Shown: positions 1 through 9,226 of the stretch, in pieces
Layout of the letters: every line of letters starts with the position of its first letter
Numbering within the stretch: position 1 is the first letter of the stretch
Source of the DNA: Bacteroides sp.
Lineage (GTDB): Bacteria; Bacteroidota; Bacteroidia; Bacteroidales; Muribaculaceae
Direction: 5' to 3'
Assembly (NCBI GenBank): GCA_014802535.1
Contig: JAAVCC010000011.1
Span: forward strand, 95,315-159,314
DNA length: 64,000 bases
Program-made: the position numbers and the translations under genes
Notes under the pieces: model-generated
What the model was told of the DNA's origin: nothing
What the model saw: the letters and a program-made list of their open reading frames with translations, nothing else
Database searches by the model: none

Positions 1-7
1 CAAGTAT

Positions 8-1441
8 ATGTCAACCAAAGAAGAATTGATCAAGCAAGCCGAACTCGTCCGCGATGCTAAAATAGTGGGCGAAAACACCGCCTATCGTGTCGGCTCGCTG
101 CTGCTCGATATTGTCAATATGCTCGGCACATCGGGAAACACATCAATCCCCGATATGTCGAAATACCTCCCTCGATCTGAATTTGACGAAATGTTTGCCT
201 GGACGACGCAGGGCACTCAACGTTTTATCGATGCCAAAGCCTCATTCGCATCTCGTGGTAGTATCGCATCACTTTATGCCGGCGAACCGGTTGACATACC
301 GACTTACATCACCTCTGAGGCTCTGGAGGCTCGATTGAAAGATCTGAACGTTGGGGCTGGCGGGCTTGACATGGAAGCTCTCGAAAGCTACCTAACTAAT
401 AACTCATATGCAACGCAAGATTGGGTTAAACGGCAGGGGTTTTTAACTGGTATTACTGGTTTTTTGCCGTTGAGTGGTGGAACGCTTGGTGGTGCATTGA
501 CAATACAATGTGGGGCTGACACTAAATTATCGTTCAACAATACTGACGGTGAGAAGTATTCTGCTATCAAGTTTCTTGAAAAAGGCACAGAATACTCGCG
601 CATGATAGGTTGGGAGCATAAGTTTGAGTTTTCAAAATACATCGAGGCTCCTAAGTTTGTAGCGCAGACTGCCGACCTTTGTTCTAACCTTAATGCTGAT
701 TTGTTGGATGGTATTCACGCCAATTCGATTTTCAGGGAATCGGTATTAGGAGCTCAAAACCTTAATGCCGATAACCTAATTACAAATTGGGTTGCTTATA
801 CTCCTAACTCTGATATGAATACATGGGGTAACACTACTTTTGAAAATTTTCCAGCAGGTAAGCCCGAGGGAGGTTTTACACTGTTATCTCTTAGAGAGGG
901 TTCCTATCGGAAACAGTTATACACCTATTATAACAATAACAGTATATATGTACGAAGTAACTTTTATAATCAGGGTGCTAAGTGGGGCGAATGGTATAAA
1001 ACCGTCATGGCAGACCTGAATAACGATATTTCAGGGTTAAGGAATTTAAACACAAACGGTATCTTTAGGTCGTACTTACCTACTGGAGATAGTTATAACT
1101 TCTACTTCAATAATGAAACTTTAGGAATAACAGGAGGTATGGGAACTTCGCTAAGAGGGGACGGTATTCAGGGAGCATATTTATGGCTGACCGGTGAAAA
1201 AAACTCTTGGCGGTTTGCGACTAAAGGCACTGCTCGAATGATTATAGACCCTAATGGCAAGGTTGGTTTTGGAACGTTGACGCCTCAATTCGATGTGGAC
1301 GTAAACGGCGACATTTGCACACGGAGCGGAAGAATCTATCTCACGCCGTCGGTGTGGATAGAATACGACGCCGCGAACGATGTAATCAGATCTAACAGAA
1401 CATTTGTATCTAAGGGGGATATTGGTGCCCTTACAAACTAA
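8..1441 (+). CDS. Phage tail fibre-like protein
   Basis: 477-aa ORF. The motif LNADLLDGIHANSIF is typical of phage tail-fibre proteins, and the C-terminal half is Gly/Asn/Thr-rich. It sits in the phage structural/lysis cluster. There is no in-frame stop upstream, so the N-terminus could extend past the window edge. Confidence 0.55.
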   Translation: MSTKEELIKQAELVRDAKIVGENTAYRVGSLLLDIVNMLGTSGNTSIPDMSKYLPRSEFDEMFAWTTQGTQRFIDAKASFASRGSIASLYAGEPVDIPTYITSEALEARLKDLNVGAGGLDMEALESYLTNNSYATQDWVKRQGFLTGITGFLPLSGGTLGGALTIQCGADTKLSFNNTDGEKYSAIKFLEKGTEYSRMIGWEHKFEFSKYIEAPKFVAQTADLCSNLNADLLDGIHANSIFRESVLGAQNLNADNLITNWVAYTPNSDMNTWGNTTFENFPAGKPEGGFTLLSLREGSYRKQLYTYYNNNSIYVRSNFYNQGAKWGEWYKTVMADLNNDISGLRNLNTNGIFRSYLPTGDSYNFYFNNETLGITGGMGTSLRGDGIQGAYLWLTGEKNSWRFATKGTARMIIDPNGKVGFGTLTPQFDVDVNGDICTRSGRIYLTPSVWIEYDAANDVIRSNRTFVSKGDIGALTN

Positions 1442-1456
1442 AAATGGAAATTTAAT

Positions 1457-2599
1457 ATGGCGCATACATCAACAACTATAACAGCTCCGGTATATAACAC
1501 TGATATTATGGCAGTGTTAGGCGAAACTTCTACATTGGTCTCAGTGTTGTGCCGTTCGGTAAAAATAAACCATTGGGGAGGCGGTCCATTTAACCACTCT
1601 ACAATGTCGTTTTACAGCGAGGGTGACACTATCGCACACGTTAGGGCAAAACGAGCTGCAGCCCGAAAAGAGGCTAATCAAGGGTGGGCAATAACTACAT
1701 ATATGAATCCTTTGCAAGCGGTCAATGCTTCCAAAGCCGGCAATTCGAGTTGGTCAAGAATGCCAATCACAATCGCCCGTTCTGACGACTTTGACGAGTA
1801 CAATCATGCAGCAGGCAATCCTTTTCAAATGTACATCAGTAATGACACTAAAAAAGAAGTGATGTTTGGAGGGTTAGAGGCTGTATATGCTTTGCCAAAC
1901 GATTACACTGAGTTTTCGTTTTTGGCAAATCAAGGTCAATATGATACAGCTTATGTAGGCTTTTTGATGTATAAATCAAATATGGGTTCAGGATCGGTGA
2001 CGTTGACTGCCGCTTATCGTGGAGCTACGGAAGTGAGTAAAGACTTTTCAATGTCGCACTCGACGATGCGAGATCGTGTAGGCAGTGGAGATTTTATGTG
2101 TGTACCGGTTATATTTTTATCTAACCGCACAAATCTTATATTGCCTTATACAATCAACGGAGAGACTAATGAGGGCTATATTTACTTGTTGCCAAGTACC
2201 CCTATAAAAGTGCATGTAAAAAGCGTTGCCGAATCGAATATGTACCCGTCTGACGACGGCATTTATGTCGAATATAACAATGGTAGTGGTTATGTCAACT
2301 GGTTTTTCAATGGCTATAACGGATATAGATGTGAATTTGCCTTCGAGGTCACAGTTCACAATGGCACAGGCGTAGCTCGAAATATAAACGTTGATTTTGG
2401 GATAAACAATTTGAACATAAATACATCAGTACCGGCTTACGGATCTATCACGAGACGATTCAGCGGTACTTATGATTCAATCCCTGCGCCAAAAGATGAA
2501 GAAGAGTTATCAGTATCTTATACTGTAAGTATTACAGGCTATACAACCGAAAGCAGAGTTTTTACGGTGTATAATGACGGAGGTTCTTTTAATAAGTAA
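1457..2599 (+). CDS. Prophage hypothetical protein (380 aa), possibly a fibre or receptor-binding accessory
   Basis: Long ORF 16 nt after the tail-fibre gene, on the same strand. I recognise no motif. Confidence 0.4.
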   Translation: MAHTSTTITAPVYNTDIMAVLGETSTLVSVLCRSVKINHWGGGPFNHSTMSFYSEGDTIAHVRAKRAAARKEANQGWAITTYMNPLQAVNASKAGNSSWSRMPITIARSDDFDEYNHAAGNPFQMYISNDTKKEVMFGGLEAVYALPNDYTEFSFLANQGQYDTAYVGFLMYKSNMGSGSVTLTAAYRGATEVSKDFSMSHSTMRDRVGSGDFMCVPVIFLSNRTNLILPYTINGETNEGYIYLLPSTPIKVHVKSVAESNMYPSDDGIYVEYNNGSGYVNWFFNGYNGYRCEFAFEVTVHNGTGVARNINVDFGINNLNINTSVPAYGSITRRFSGTYDSIPAPKDEEELSVSYTVSITGYTTESRVFTVYNDGGSFNK

Positions 2600-2632
2600 T
2601 TCATATAATTAACAACATTAAACTTTATAACA

Positions 2633-2941
2633 ATGGTAAAGATTCAAGAAGTCTTAAATGTCACAAAAACGGTCAAAATGGTAAGTGAAAATTACACTTG
2701 CAATGTCGAGGGAGTTGTCACCGTTGACAATAATCAGCCCTCCCACATCAATGACCTCAAGGTCTCAACTAAAGATGGTCGAGTATTGTTTAGCGGCGTG
2801 GTGCGCAACGGGAATATCTCTAATGCAAACTTATATGGCGACGAAGAACACCCCAACTCCGTCATCATCGGAACTGTTGAAGAGTTTGTCAACAGCGTTA
2901 AAGAGTTTGATTTTACTAACGATAAAAACGAAGACGCATGA
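2633..2941 (+). CDS. Prophage hypothetical protein (102 aa)
   Basis: ORF in the co-oriented phage block. Its stop overlaps the next start (ATGA). Confidence 0.4.
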   Translation: MVKIQEVLNVTKTVKMVSENYTCNVEGVVTVDNNQPSHINDLKVSTKDGRVLFSGVVRNGNISNANLYGDEEHPNSVIIGTVEEFVNSVKEFDFTNDKNEDA

Positions 2942-3366
2942 AAAAGACACTGAAAGCCCAGACTATACTTGACGCCGCAAAGCTATTCGGAAAATTAAAG
3001 CTCACAATGCTTGAAGATACCGAATATATGCCGGTCATCAAGAGACTGCAAGTTGTCAAAGATGCCGCTAAGCCTATTCAGAATCTTATAGACACGGCGA
3101 GCAAAGCTCTTGAGCCTGACGACTATCAAGAGCTTCTTAAAAAGGGCGATATGTTCGAGACTCTCTCGGACGAAGAAAAGCTGCTCGTCAACGTCAGACT
3201 GCAAGCATACTATAATCGTCAAAGGCGAGCAACTGCCGAGGAGCTGATGAAAGATGTAAAAATCGATATCACTCCAATCTCTGATGAAACGCTTGAACGC
3301 ATCATCAAGTCGAACGACTTCACTGTCGCTGAAATCCTAACATTGCAGGATGTCCTGTGCAAATAA
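2938..3366 (+). CDS. Prophage hypothetical protein (142 aa), appears helix-rich from its composition
   Basis: ORF translationally coupled to the upstream ORF. No motif recognised. Confidence 0.45.
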   Translation: MKKTLKAQTILDAAKLFGKLKLTMLEDTEYMPVIKRLQVVKDAAKPIQNLIDTASKALEPDDYQELLKKGDMFETLSDEEKLLVNVRLQAYYNRQRRATAEELMKDVKIDITPISDETLERIIKSNDFTVAEILTLQDVLCK

Positions 3367-3381
3367 CGAAAGGAGGTAACT

Positions 3382-3825
3382 ATGGAAGATTTAATATGTA
3401 TGTTTCCACACTTGCAAACGTTTATGACGATTGCATTCATATTGTTTGTCGTGGTATTGGCAGCCAATCTGATTGACTGCATCGACGCAATTATAACCAG
3501 TCGTGAACTTGGTCAGCCTTTGGAATCGGCACGGTTGCGCAATGCGCTCTACAAGCTTACAAAGTATTGGCTCGGCTTGTTATTGGCTCTGCTCATCGAT
3601 ATTGTAGGCGTTATGGCAATATACAAACTGCCATATCTGATGATGCTTGCCACAGTCGCTATGCTTTTCATCGAGGGCAGGTCGATGATAGAACACGCCC
3701 GGAGACGAAAAGATAAGACCGCCAAAATCCCCGAGGTAATTCGCGATATTGTCGATTATATCGGAGACGACAAGACGAAAGAAATCATTATTGATATTGT
3801 TAAACGAAAGGTAATGCCGGAATGA
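3382..3825 (+). CDS. Phage holin
   Basis: 147 aa with three hydrophobic segments (FILFVVVLAANLI, WLGLLLALLIDIVGVMAI, LMMLATVAMLFI) and a charged C-terminus. It lies immediately upstream of, and overlaps, the endolysin gene. Confidence 0.6.
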   Translation: MEDLICMFPHLQTFMTIAFILFVVVLAANLIDCIDAIITSRELGQPLESARLRNALYKLTKYWLGLLLALLIDIVGVMAIYKLPYLMMLATVAMLFIEGRSMIEHARRRKDKTAKIPEVIRDIVDYIGDDKTKEIIIDIVKRKVMPE

Positions 3826-4286
3826 AATACTTTACTTTTACTGAATTTGAAAGGTCAGACACCGCGACTAAGTACGCAATCGATAATAGCATCCCCGAGA
3901 GTGCGAAGAAAAACATCGCTGCTCTTGTCGATACAGTACTCGACCCATTGAGGGAAGCGTGGGGAAAACCGATTGACGTGTCAAGCGGTTATCGAAATGC
4001 AACTTTAAACCCTCTTGTTGGTGGTTCTCGAACTTCACAGCACATGACCGGCGAGGCAGCTGACATCCGCATCTTCGTTCGTGACGAAAAAGGCAACAAG
4101 TTGAAAGACCGAAAGGGCAACTTTATTATAGATAAGGTTGCAAATCGTAAGCTCTTTCAAATGATTCAAGACTTGCATTTGCCATTCGATCAACTCATCG
4201 ATGAGAATGATTTCTCATGGGTACACGTCAGCCACAGACGAAATGGTGCTAACCGAGGTGAAATCAAAAAACTATACAAGAAATGA
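3822..4286 (+). CDS. Peptidase M15-type (VanY / D-Ala-D-Ala carboxypeptidase-like) endolysin
   Basis: SGYR, a Zn-ligand pattern H-x6-D (SQHMTGEAAD) and a distal WVHVSH. Its position after the holin fits a lysis cassette. Confidence 0.8.
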   Translation: MKYFTFTEFERSDTATKYAIDNSIPESAKKNIAALVDTVLDPLREAWGKPIDVSSGYRNATLNPLVGGSRTSQHMTGEAADIRIFVRDEKGNKLKDRKGNFIIDKVANRKLFQMIQDLHLPFDQLIDENDFSWVHVSHRRNGANRGEIKKLYKK

Positions 4287-4795
4287 AAGATAGTTTGATT
4301 TTACTAATCATTGGCTTTCTCATAGGCTTTAGTCTGTGCGGCCTATTGTCGAAGTGCAACGACCATCAGGATGCACCCGACATCAGTACGGTTAGCGTCA
4401 AGGTGATTCACGATACCATTCTTGACACTGTGCCCGTTCCCGCCGAGGTTCGGCGGGTCGGCTCGGTTGTGGCAAAGCTACCCCTTGCTAAAGATACGAC
4501 TGTTATTGATAGCTGTCAACATACATCGGATAGCTGTCAACATTATGCCGATGTGTTGATACCTATCGAGCAAAAGGTCTATGAAGATTCAACATATCGA
4601 GCTGTTATATCAGGATATAATATCTCGCTCGATACTATACAGGTGTTCAGACACAGAGAATATATAACCGAGCGCATCAAGCCACCTGCGAAACGCTGGG
4701 GGCTATCTGCCGGCGTTGGTGCCGTGGTCGGAACCGATATGAAAGTACGACCGGGCGTATTTGTCGGGGCAACCTATACATTTCTCTCTTTCTGA
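4283..4795 (+). CDS. Lysis-cassette membrane protein, possible unimolecular spanin
   Basis: 170 aa, overlapping the endolysin stop. It has an N-terminal hydrophobic segment with a Cys (GFSLCGLL) and a Gly-rich hydrophobic C-terminus. Function is inferred from position only. Confidence 0.35.
   Translation: MKDSLILLIIGFLIGFSLCGLLSKCNDHQDAPDISTVSVKVIHDTILDTVPVPAEVRRVGSVVAKLPLAKDTTVIDSCQHTSDSCQHYADVLIPIEQKVYEDSTYRAVISGYNISLDTIQVFRHREYITERIKPPAKRWGLSAGVGAVVGTDMKVRPGVFVGATYTFLSF
4508..4543 (+). repeat. Exact 15-nt direct repeat (gatagctgtcaacat) with 21-nt period inside the CDS
   Basis: Copies at 4508-4522 and 4529-4543, encoding DSCQHTS/DSCQHYA. Confidence 0.9.
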
Positions 4796-4907
4796 CATTT
4801 CTTTTTGCCATTTTAATTATTGGTTTATAAATTTCTGAATATTAGCCTGTCTGTGAAGATGGGCTAATTTGTTTTGGTACGTCTTTTTTAATAATTAATC
4901 GCCTTTT

Positions 4908-4915
4908 TACCTTTG
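4908..4915 (+). promoter_or_regulatory. Bacteroides-type -7 promoter box TAccTTTG upstream of the tape-measure gene
   Basis: Perfect TAnnTTTG match 22 nt before the ATG at 4937, in a 140-nt AT-rich gap. Confidence 0.5.
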
Positions 4916-4936
4916 TCATAAACCAAATTTCAAGTT

Positions 4937-7900
4937 ATGACAAAAGAGGAAGCAGAAGTTAGACTGAAGGTCTATTCTGAAGATGCACAAAAAGAGCTTG
5001 AAAAGCTCGATGAAAAAACCAAAAAGCTACGTCAAGACTTTGCCGACGCTTTTAAGAAAGGCGATACAAAGGAGATTCAACGCCTGTCAAAAGAGATCAA
5101 CGCCAATAACCGACAGCTCGAACGAATGCAGACAAACGCTGCTAACGTTCAGGCTGCCATGCAGCGTCTCGACAAGGCTACACCACGAGAACTGCGAAAA
5201 GCAATATCGGCTATCAATGCCGAGTTGAATTCCGGACGCGTAGCCCGAGGTTCTGCCGAGTGGAATCAATACATCCAGAAGCTTAAAGAGGCAAAAGCAG
5301 AACTGAAAGAGGTTAACGCAGAGATGCAGGAACAGCAGGGTGTTCTGTCATCGATGGCTGATAAGTTCAATAAGTGGGGTGCATCGATAGCTGCTGTCAC
5401 CGCCGGACTCGCAGGCATCACAATGACAGCCCGCGAGGCTGTCAAATCCTATGCCGAAATGCAGGCCGAAGAAGCAAACGTCCGCAAATATACCGGCATG
5501 ACCGAACAACAGGTCAACTCTCTCAATGCCGAGTTTAAAAAGATGGACACCCGCACATCTCGCCAGGAACTCAACAAACTGGCTCAGGAAGCAGGACGAC
5601 TCGGCAAACAATCTCAAGAGGATGTTTTAGGATTCGTCCGGGCGTCTAACCAAATCAATGTTGCCCTCGACGAGCTCGGCGATGGTGCAACGCTTAATCT
5701 CTCAAAGCTGACAAACATATTTGGCGATGAAACACGATTTGGCACAGAGCAATCGTTGTTAAAAGTCGGTTCTGTCATCAACGAGTTATCACAGAACTGT
5801 ACAGCCTCCGCACCATATCTCACCGATTTTGCCAAACGTCTTGCAGGTGTCGGCAACCAGGCACACATGACTATTCCAGAGATTATGGCATTAGGTTCGG
5901 TCCTTGACTCGCAAGGTCAGGCGGTCGAGATGTCGGCAACTGCCGTCGGTCAGCTTATCACAAAAATGTTCAAAGACCCGGCGAAGATAGCCAAGGCTGC
6001 CGGCATGGACGTCAAAGCTTTTGCTGACACTCTCAAAAACGACACGAACGAGGCGTTAGTCATGCTGCTTGAAACGTTGAACAAGAAGGGTGGACTTGAC
6101 GCCCTCGCCCCGGTGTTCGCCGACATGGGCGCCGACGGTGCCCGTGCGTCGGGAGTTATTTCGGCTCTCGCCGGCAAGGTCGATATGCTGAAAAATCAGA
6201 TTGTCGAGGCGAACAAAGCCTTTGAAGATGGAACGTCAGTTACAAAGGAGTATCAAGTTCAAAACACCACAGTTGAAGCTAAGCTTGAAAAAGCTCGCAA
6301 ACGTTTCAACGAGTTAACCGTTGAACTTGGCGAACGTCTTGTGCCGGTTATGACTGGCGCGATATCGACTTCTCGCATAATGCTTGAGACGATTAAAACT
6401 GTTGTTGAATTTGTCATCGAATATCGCAAGGAACTGACACTCATCGCAATCGCTATTGGGGCTTATACCGCTGCTCTCAAAGTTCATGCAAAATGGCAAG
6501 ACCTTGTTGACGCAAAAAATAAATTATTGGCTAATGGTCTCAGAACTCTTGACACTATATGGGTGAAAGGAAAAAACGTTATAAATTCAGTCGTTTTAGG
6601 GCTCAAATCATTAACCACCGGATTCAAGTCAACAGCTGCTTCGACTAAGGCTGCCGGAGCTGCCTTTAAGGCAGTTGGCTTTTCGGGCTGGTTGACAATC
6701 TTGACGTTGATTGGATCCGCAATTGCTACACTCGTGATGAAATTTGCACAAGCATCACGAGCATTTAAAGACTATAAAGATGCCGTCAAAGAGTCAAATG
6801 AGCAAGTCGCAGAAGAAGTTACTAAGATTGACACACTCAATAAAATTCTCCACGATCATAACGCCAAACTCTCCGACAGACAACGTGCTTTAATGAGATT
6901 GAAAGAGATCGTAAAAGATTATCATGCCGATTTGACGACAGAAGGCGAATTGATAAATGAAAACACCGAGGCTATTAACAAACATATTGAAGCTCTCAAG
7001 AGAGATGCGTTAGTCACTGCCGTCAAAAAGAAAGTTGAAGGCTATGTTAGTGAGAAACTCACTAAAGAAATTGAGGCGGAAGAGCTACGAGCTCAGATTA
7101 AAGCGAATGGAGATAACCCGGTTACGATCTCAGGCAGCTACGGTACTCGAACTATTGACCCGAATAGCGTCCTGAAATTCAGATTGAGCGTAACCGAAGT
7201 TGAGATTGCAAGGCTCGACGATCAAATTGCCGAAATTGCCAAATACGCCAATATGTCGGCATCCGATTTTTTCGGAGACAAAGAGCTGACTGTTCGCTTG
7301 AAACCCTCTGATGAATTGCTCAAAACTAATAAGCAATATCAAATCGATTATGACAATGCTGTCAAGGAGTTCAACGAAAAAACCAAAGGTCAAGACTCCA
7401 ACGACCATGCAGTCGCAGAAGCTCAAACTGACCTCTGGAATTTACTTATGCTGCAACTCCAGGATAAATACAAGGAGGAACTTGCTAAAATATCTCAATC
7501 TCGCGCTGCCGCCGGCGAACGTTCGTTGACCGAGAAAGAGCGTAAAGCTCAGGAACGTGATCGTAAAAAACAAGAAGCCGATGAGAAGAAACAAAAGGCT
7601 CAAGCAGAAAAGGAGCGAAACGAAAGACTCGCCCAATACAAAGGCGAGTGGGGCAATCAGAAAAGAGATATCGAGTTCCAATTCAGCAAAGGAGAGCTCA
7701 ACTTCTATGATTATCACGACAAACTGATTGAAATTGAGAGAGCGTTCATCGAGAAGTGCAAAGCCGAGTTTAACGCAGAACAGGATAGCGAAGAACCCAA
7801 GTATCTTAAATTCCTCGAGCAAGAAAAGAAACTCAATATAGCAGAGTTTGAACATAATAAAAAAAAGGAAGGCAATGCTAATCGCATCGAGACGACCCAT

Positions 7901-9226
7901 CGTGACAATGAAAATCAAATTGTCATGGATTTTTACGATCCAAACAGTCCGGTTTTTCAGAACCAATATGCGTTGCACCAAGCTTTGCTTGATGAAGATC
8001 TTCGTTATCTTGAAGAGAAGAAGTCGCTATATTCCGTCGGCACAAAAGAATATGACGCTATCGTCAAACAAATGGACGAAGCTGTCTATAACGACCAGTT
8101 GCGCCGGCAACAGGAATATGCCGATGCGCTGCTCAAGTTTCAAAAAATCTATGACAGCAAGGTTGACCGCGCCCGCCGGCAGAAGGAGGAAGAACGTCAG
8201 CTCGAAGAATTGAGGGCTGAAGGTCTCATATCTGAGGAACAATTTCAAAAGGCTTTGGCTGATATAAAGAAGAAATATCGAGCAGAGGAATTTGACGAGT
8301 TCCGCGCCATGGGGAATGAGTTCTCTGACATGGTTAGAGACATTGTCGAGTCTGTGACAAACCTGTTTGAAAATTTCAGTCTCGAAAACCTCGGCGACGC
8401 ATTGACGGCCGGACTTGCTGTAATGTCGGCGTCAATGCAACAATTTTCAAACTATGCTAATGCAGCTCGTGATCTTGAACTCGCCAACCTTGACAAAAAG
8501 TATGATGCCGAGGTTAAGGCTGCCGGTAATAATCAACGACGATTAAAACGGATCGAGGAAAAACGTCAGGCTGAAGAGGCAAAGATCAAACAAAAATACA
8601 ACGACAAGGCAATGAAAATGGAGATAGCCCAGGCGTTAGGTCAAACAGCCATGGCTGCTCTCAATGCCTACTCATCGGCTGTAAAAGTCAACTTTCTCCT
8701 TGGTCCGATAGCTGCTGCAATGGCAACAGCGTTTGGTATGATGCAGGTTGCCACGATTAAGAAACAGCATGAAGCCCAGGCTGCCGGTTATTATTCGGGA
8801 GGTTTTACCGCCAAATCTCCCGACAACCGCAAAGAGGTAGGCGTCGTTCATGCCAATGAATTTGTCGCAAATCATCAGGCTGTTGCCAATCCGGCGTTAT
8901 CTCCGATTTTAAGGCTAATCGATACAGCCCAAAAATCTAACACGGTCGGGTCGCTCACGGCCGCCGATGTCTCAAACGCTATCGGTCAGGGTGTCGGAAC
9001 TCAACCGCGCATCATCGAGAGTGGAGCGTCATCACAGGCGGTCGATGCCGTCAACGAAGGTCTTCAGATGATTGCCGGAGTTACCGCCACAACTCAACAA
9101 GCTTTGAATCGTCTCTCTCAAAATATCGAGGGCGGAATTAACGCAACAGTCGTTATTTCCGGAAAAGACGGACTCGACAACAAGTGGTCACAATATCAAC
9201 AAATGAAAAATCGTGTCAAAAAATGA
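4937..9226 (+). CDS. Phage tail tape-measure protein
   Basis: 1429 aa. It has coiled-coil-rich ends, a central hydrophobic segment, and a region (LKVGSVINELSQNCTASAPYLTDFAKRLAGVG...ADMGADGARASGVISALAG) typical of the TP901-type tape-measure core domain. Confidence 0.85.
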   Translation: MTKEEAEVRLKVYSEDAQKELEKLDEKTKKLRQDFADAFKKGDTKEIQRLSKEINANNRQLERMQTNAANVQAAMQRLDKATPRELRKAISAINAELNSGRVARGSAEWNQYIQKLKEAKAELKEVNAEMQEQQGVLSSMADKFNKWGASIAAVTAGLAGITMTAREAVKSYAEMQAEEANVRKYTGMTEQQVNSLNAEFKKMDTRTSRQELNKLAQEAGRLGKQSQEDVLGFVRASNQINVALDELGDGATLNLSKLTNIFGDETRFGTEQSLLKVGSVINELSQNCTASAPYLTDFAKRLAGVGNQAHMTIPEIMALGSVLDSQGQAVEMSATAVGQLITKMFKDPAKIAKAAGMDVKAFADTLKNDTNEALVMLLETLNKKGGLDALAPVFADMGADGARASGVISALAGKVDMLKNQIVEANKAFEDGTSVTKEYQVQNTTVEAKLEKARKRFNELTVELGERLVPVMTGAISTSRIMLETIKTVVEFVIEYRKELTLIAIAIGAYTAALKVHAKWQDLVDAKNKLLANGLRTLDTIWVKGKNVINSVVLGLKSLTTGFKSTAASTKAAGAAFKAVGFSGWLTILTLIGSAIATLVMKFAQASRAFKDYKDAVKESNEQVAEEVTKIDTLNKILHDHNAKLSDRQRALMRLKEIVKDYHADLTTEGELINENTEAINKHIEALKRDALVTAVKKKVEGYVSEKLTKEIEAEELRAQIKANGDNPVTISGSYGTRTIDPNSVLKFRLSVTEVEIARLDDQIAEIAKYANMSASDFFGDKELTVRLKPSDELLKTNKQYQIDYDNAVKEFNEKTKGQDSNDHAVAEAQTDLWNLLMLQLQDKYKEELAKISQSRAAAGERSLTEKERKAQERDRKKQEADEKKQKAQAEKERNERLAQYKGEWGNQKRDIEFQFSKGELNFYDYHDKLIEIERAFIEKCKAEFNAEQDSEEPKYLKFLEQEKKLNIAEFEHNKKKEGNANRIETTHRDNENQIVMDFYDPNSPVFQNQYALHQALLDEDLRYLEEKKSLYSVGTKEYDAIVKQMDEAVYNDQLRRQQEYADALLKFQKIYDSKVDRARRQKEEERQLEELRAEGLISEEQFQKALADIKKKYRAEEFDEFRAMGNEFSDMVRDIVESVTNLFENFSLENLGDALTAGLAVMSASMQQFSNYANAARDLELANLDKKYDAEVKAAGNNQRRLKRIEEKRQAEEAKIKQKYNDKAMKMEIAQALGQTAMAALNAYSSAVKVNFLLGPIAAAMATAFGMMQVATIKKQHEAQAAGYYSGGFTAKSPDNRKEVGVVHANEFVANHQAVANPALSPILRLIDTAQKSNTVGSLTAADVSNAIGQGVGTQPRIIESGASSQAVDAVNEGLQMIAGVTATTQQALNRLSQNIEGGINATVVISGKDGLDNKWSQYQQMKNRVKK

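Noticed and set aside
2685-2972. Alternative-frame 95-aa ORF overlapping the 102-aa prophage ORF, considered as a possible programmed-frameshift chaperone pair
   Set aside because: No slippery heptamer was evident at the overlap. In addition, the pair is not immediately upstream of the tape-measure gene, where G/GT-type frameshifting is expected.
5087-8875. Many 60-180-aa ORFs in alternative frames and antisense inside the tape-measure gene
   Set aside because: The 1429-aa tape-measure reading frame is continuous and carries the family core domain. The shadow ORFs are typical of long, compositionally biased coiled-coil genes.
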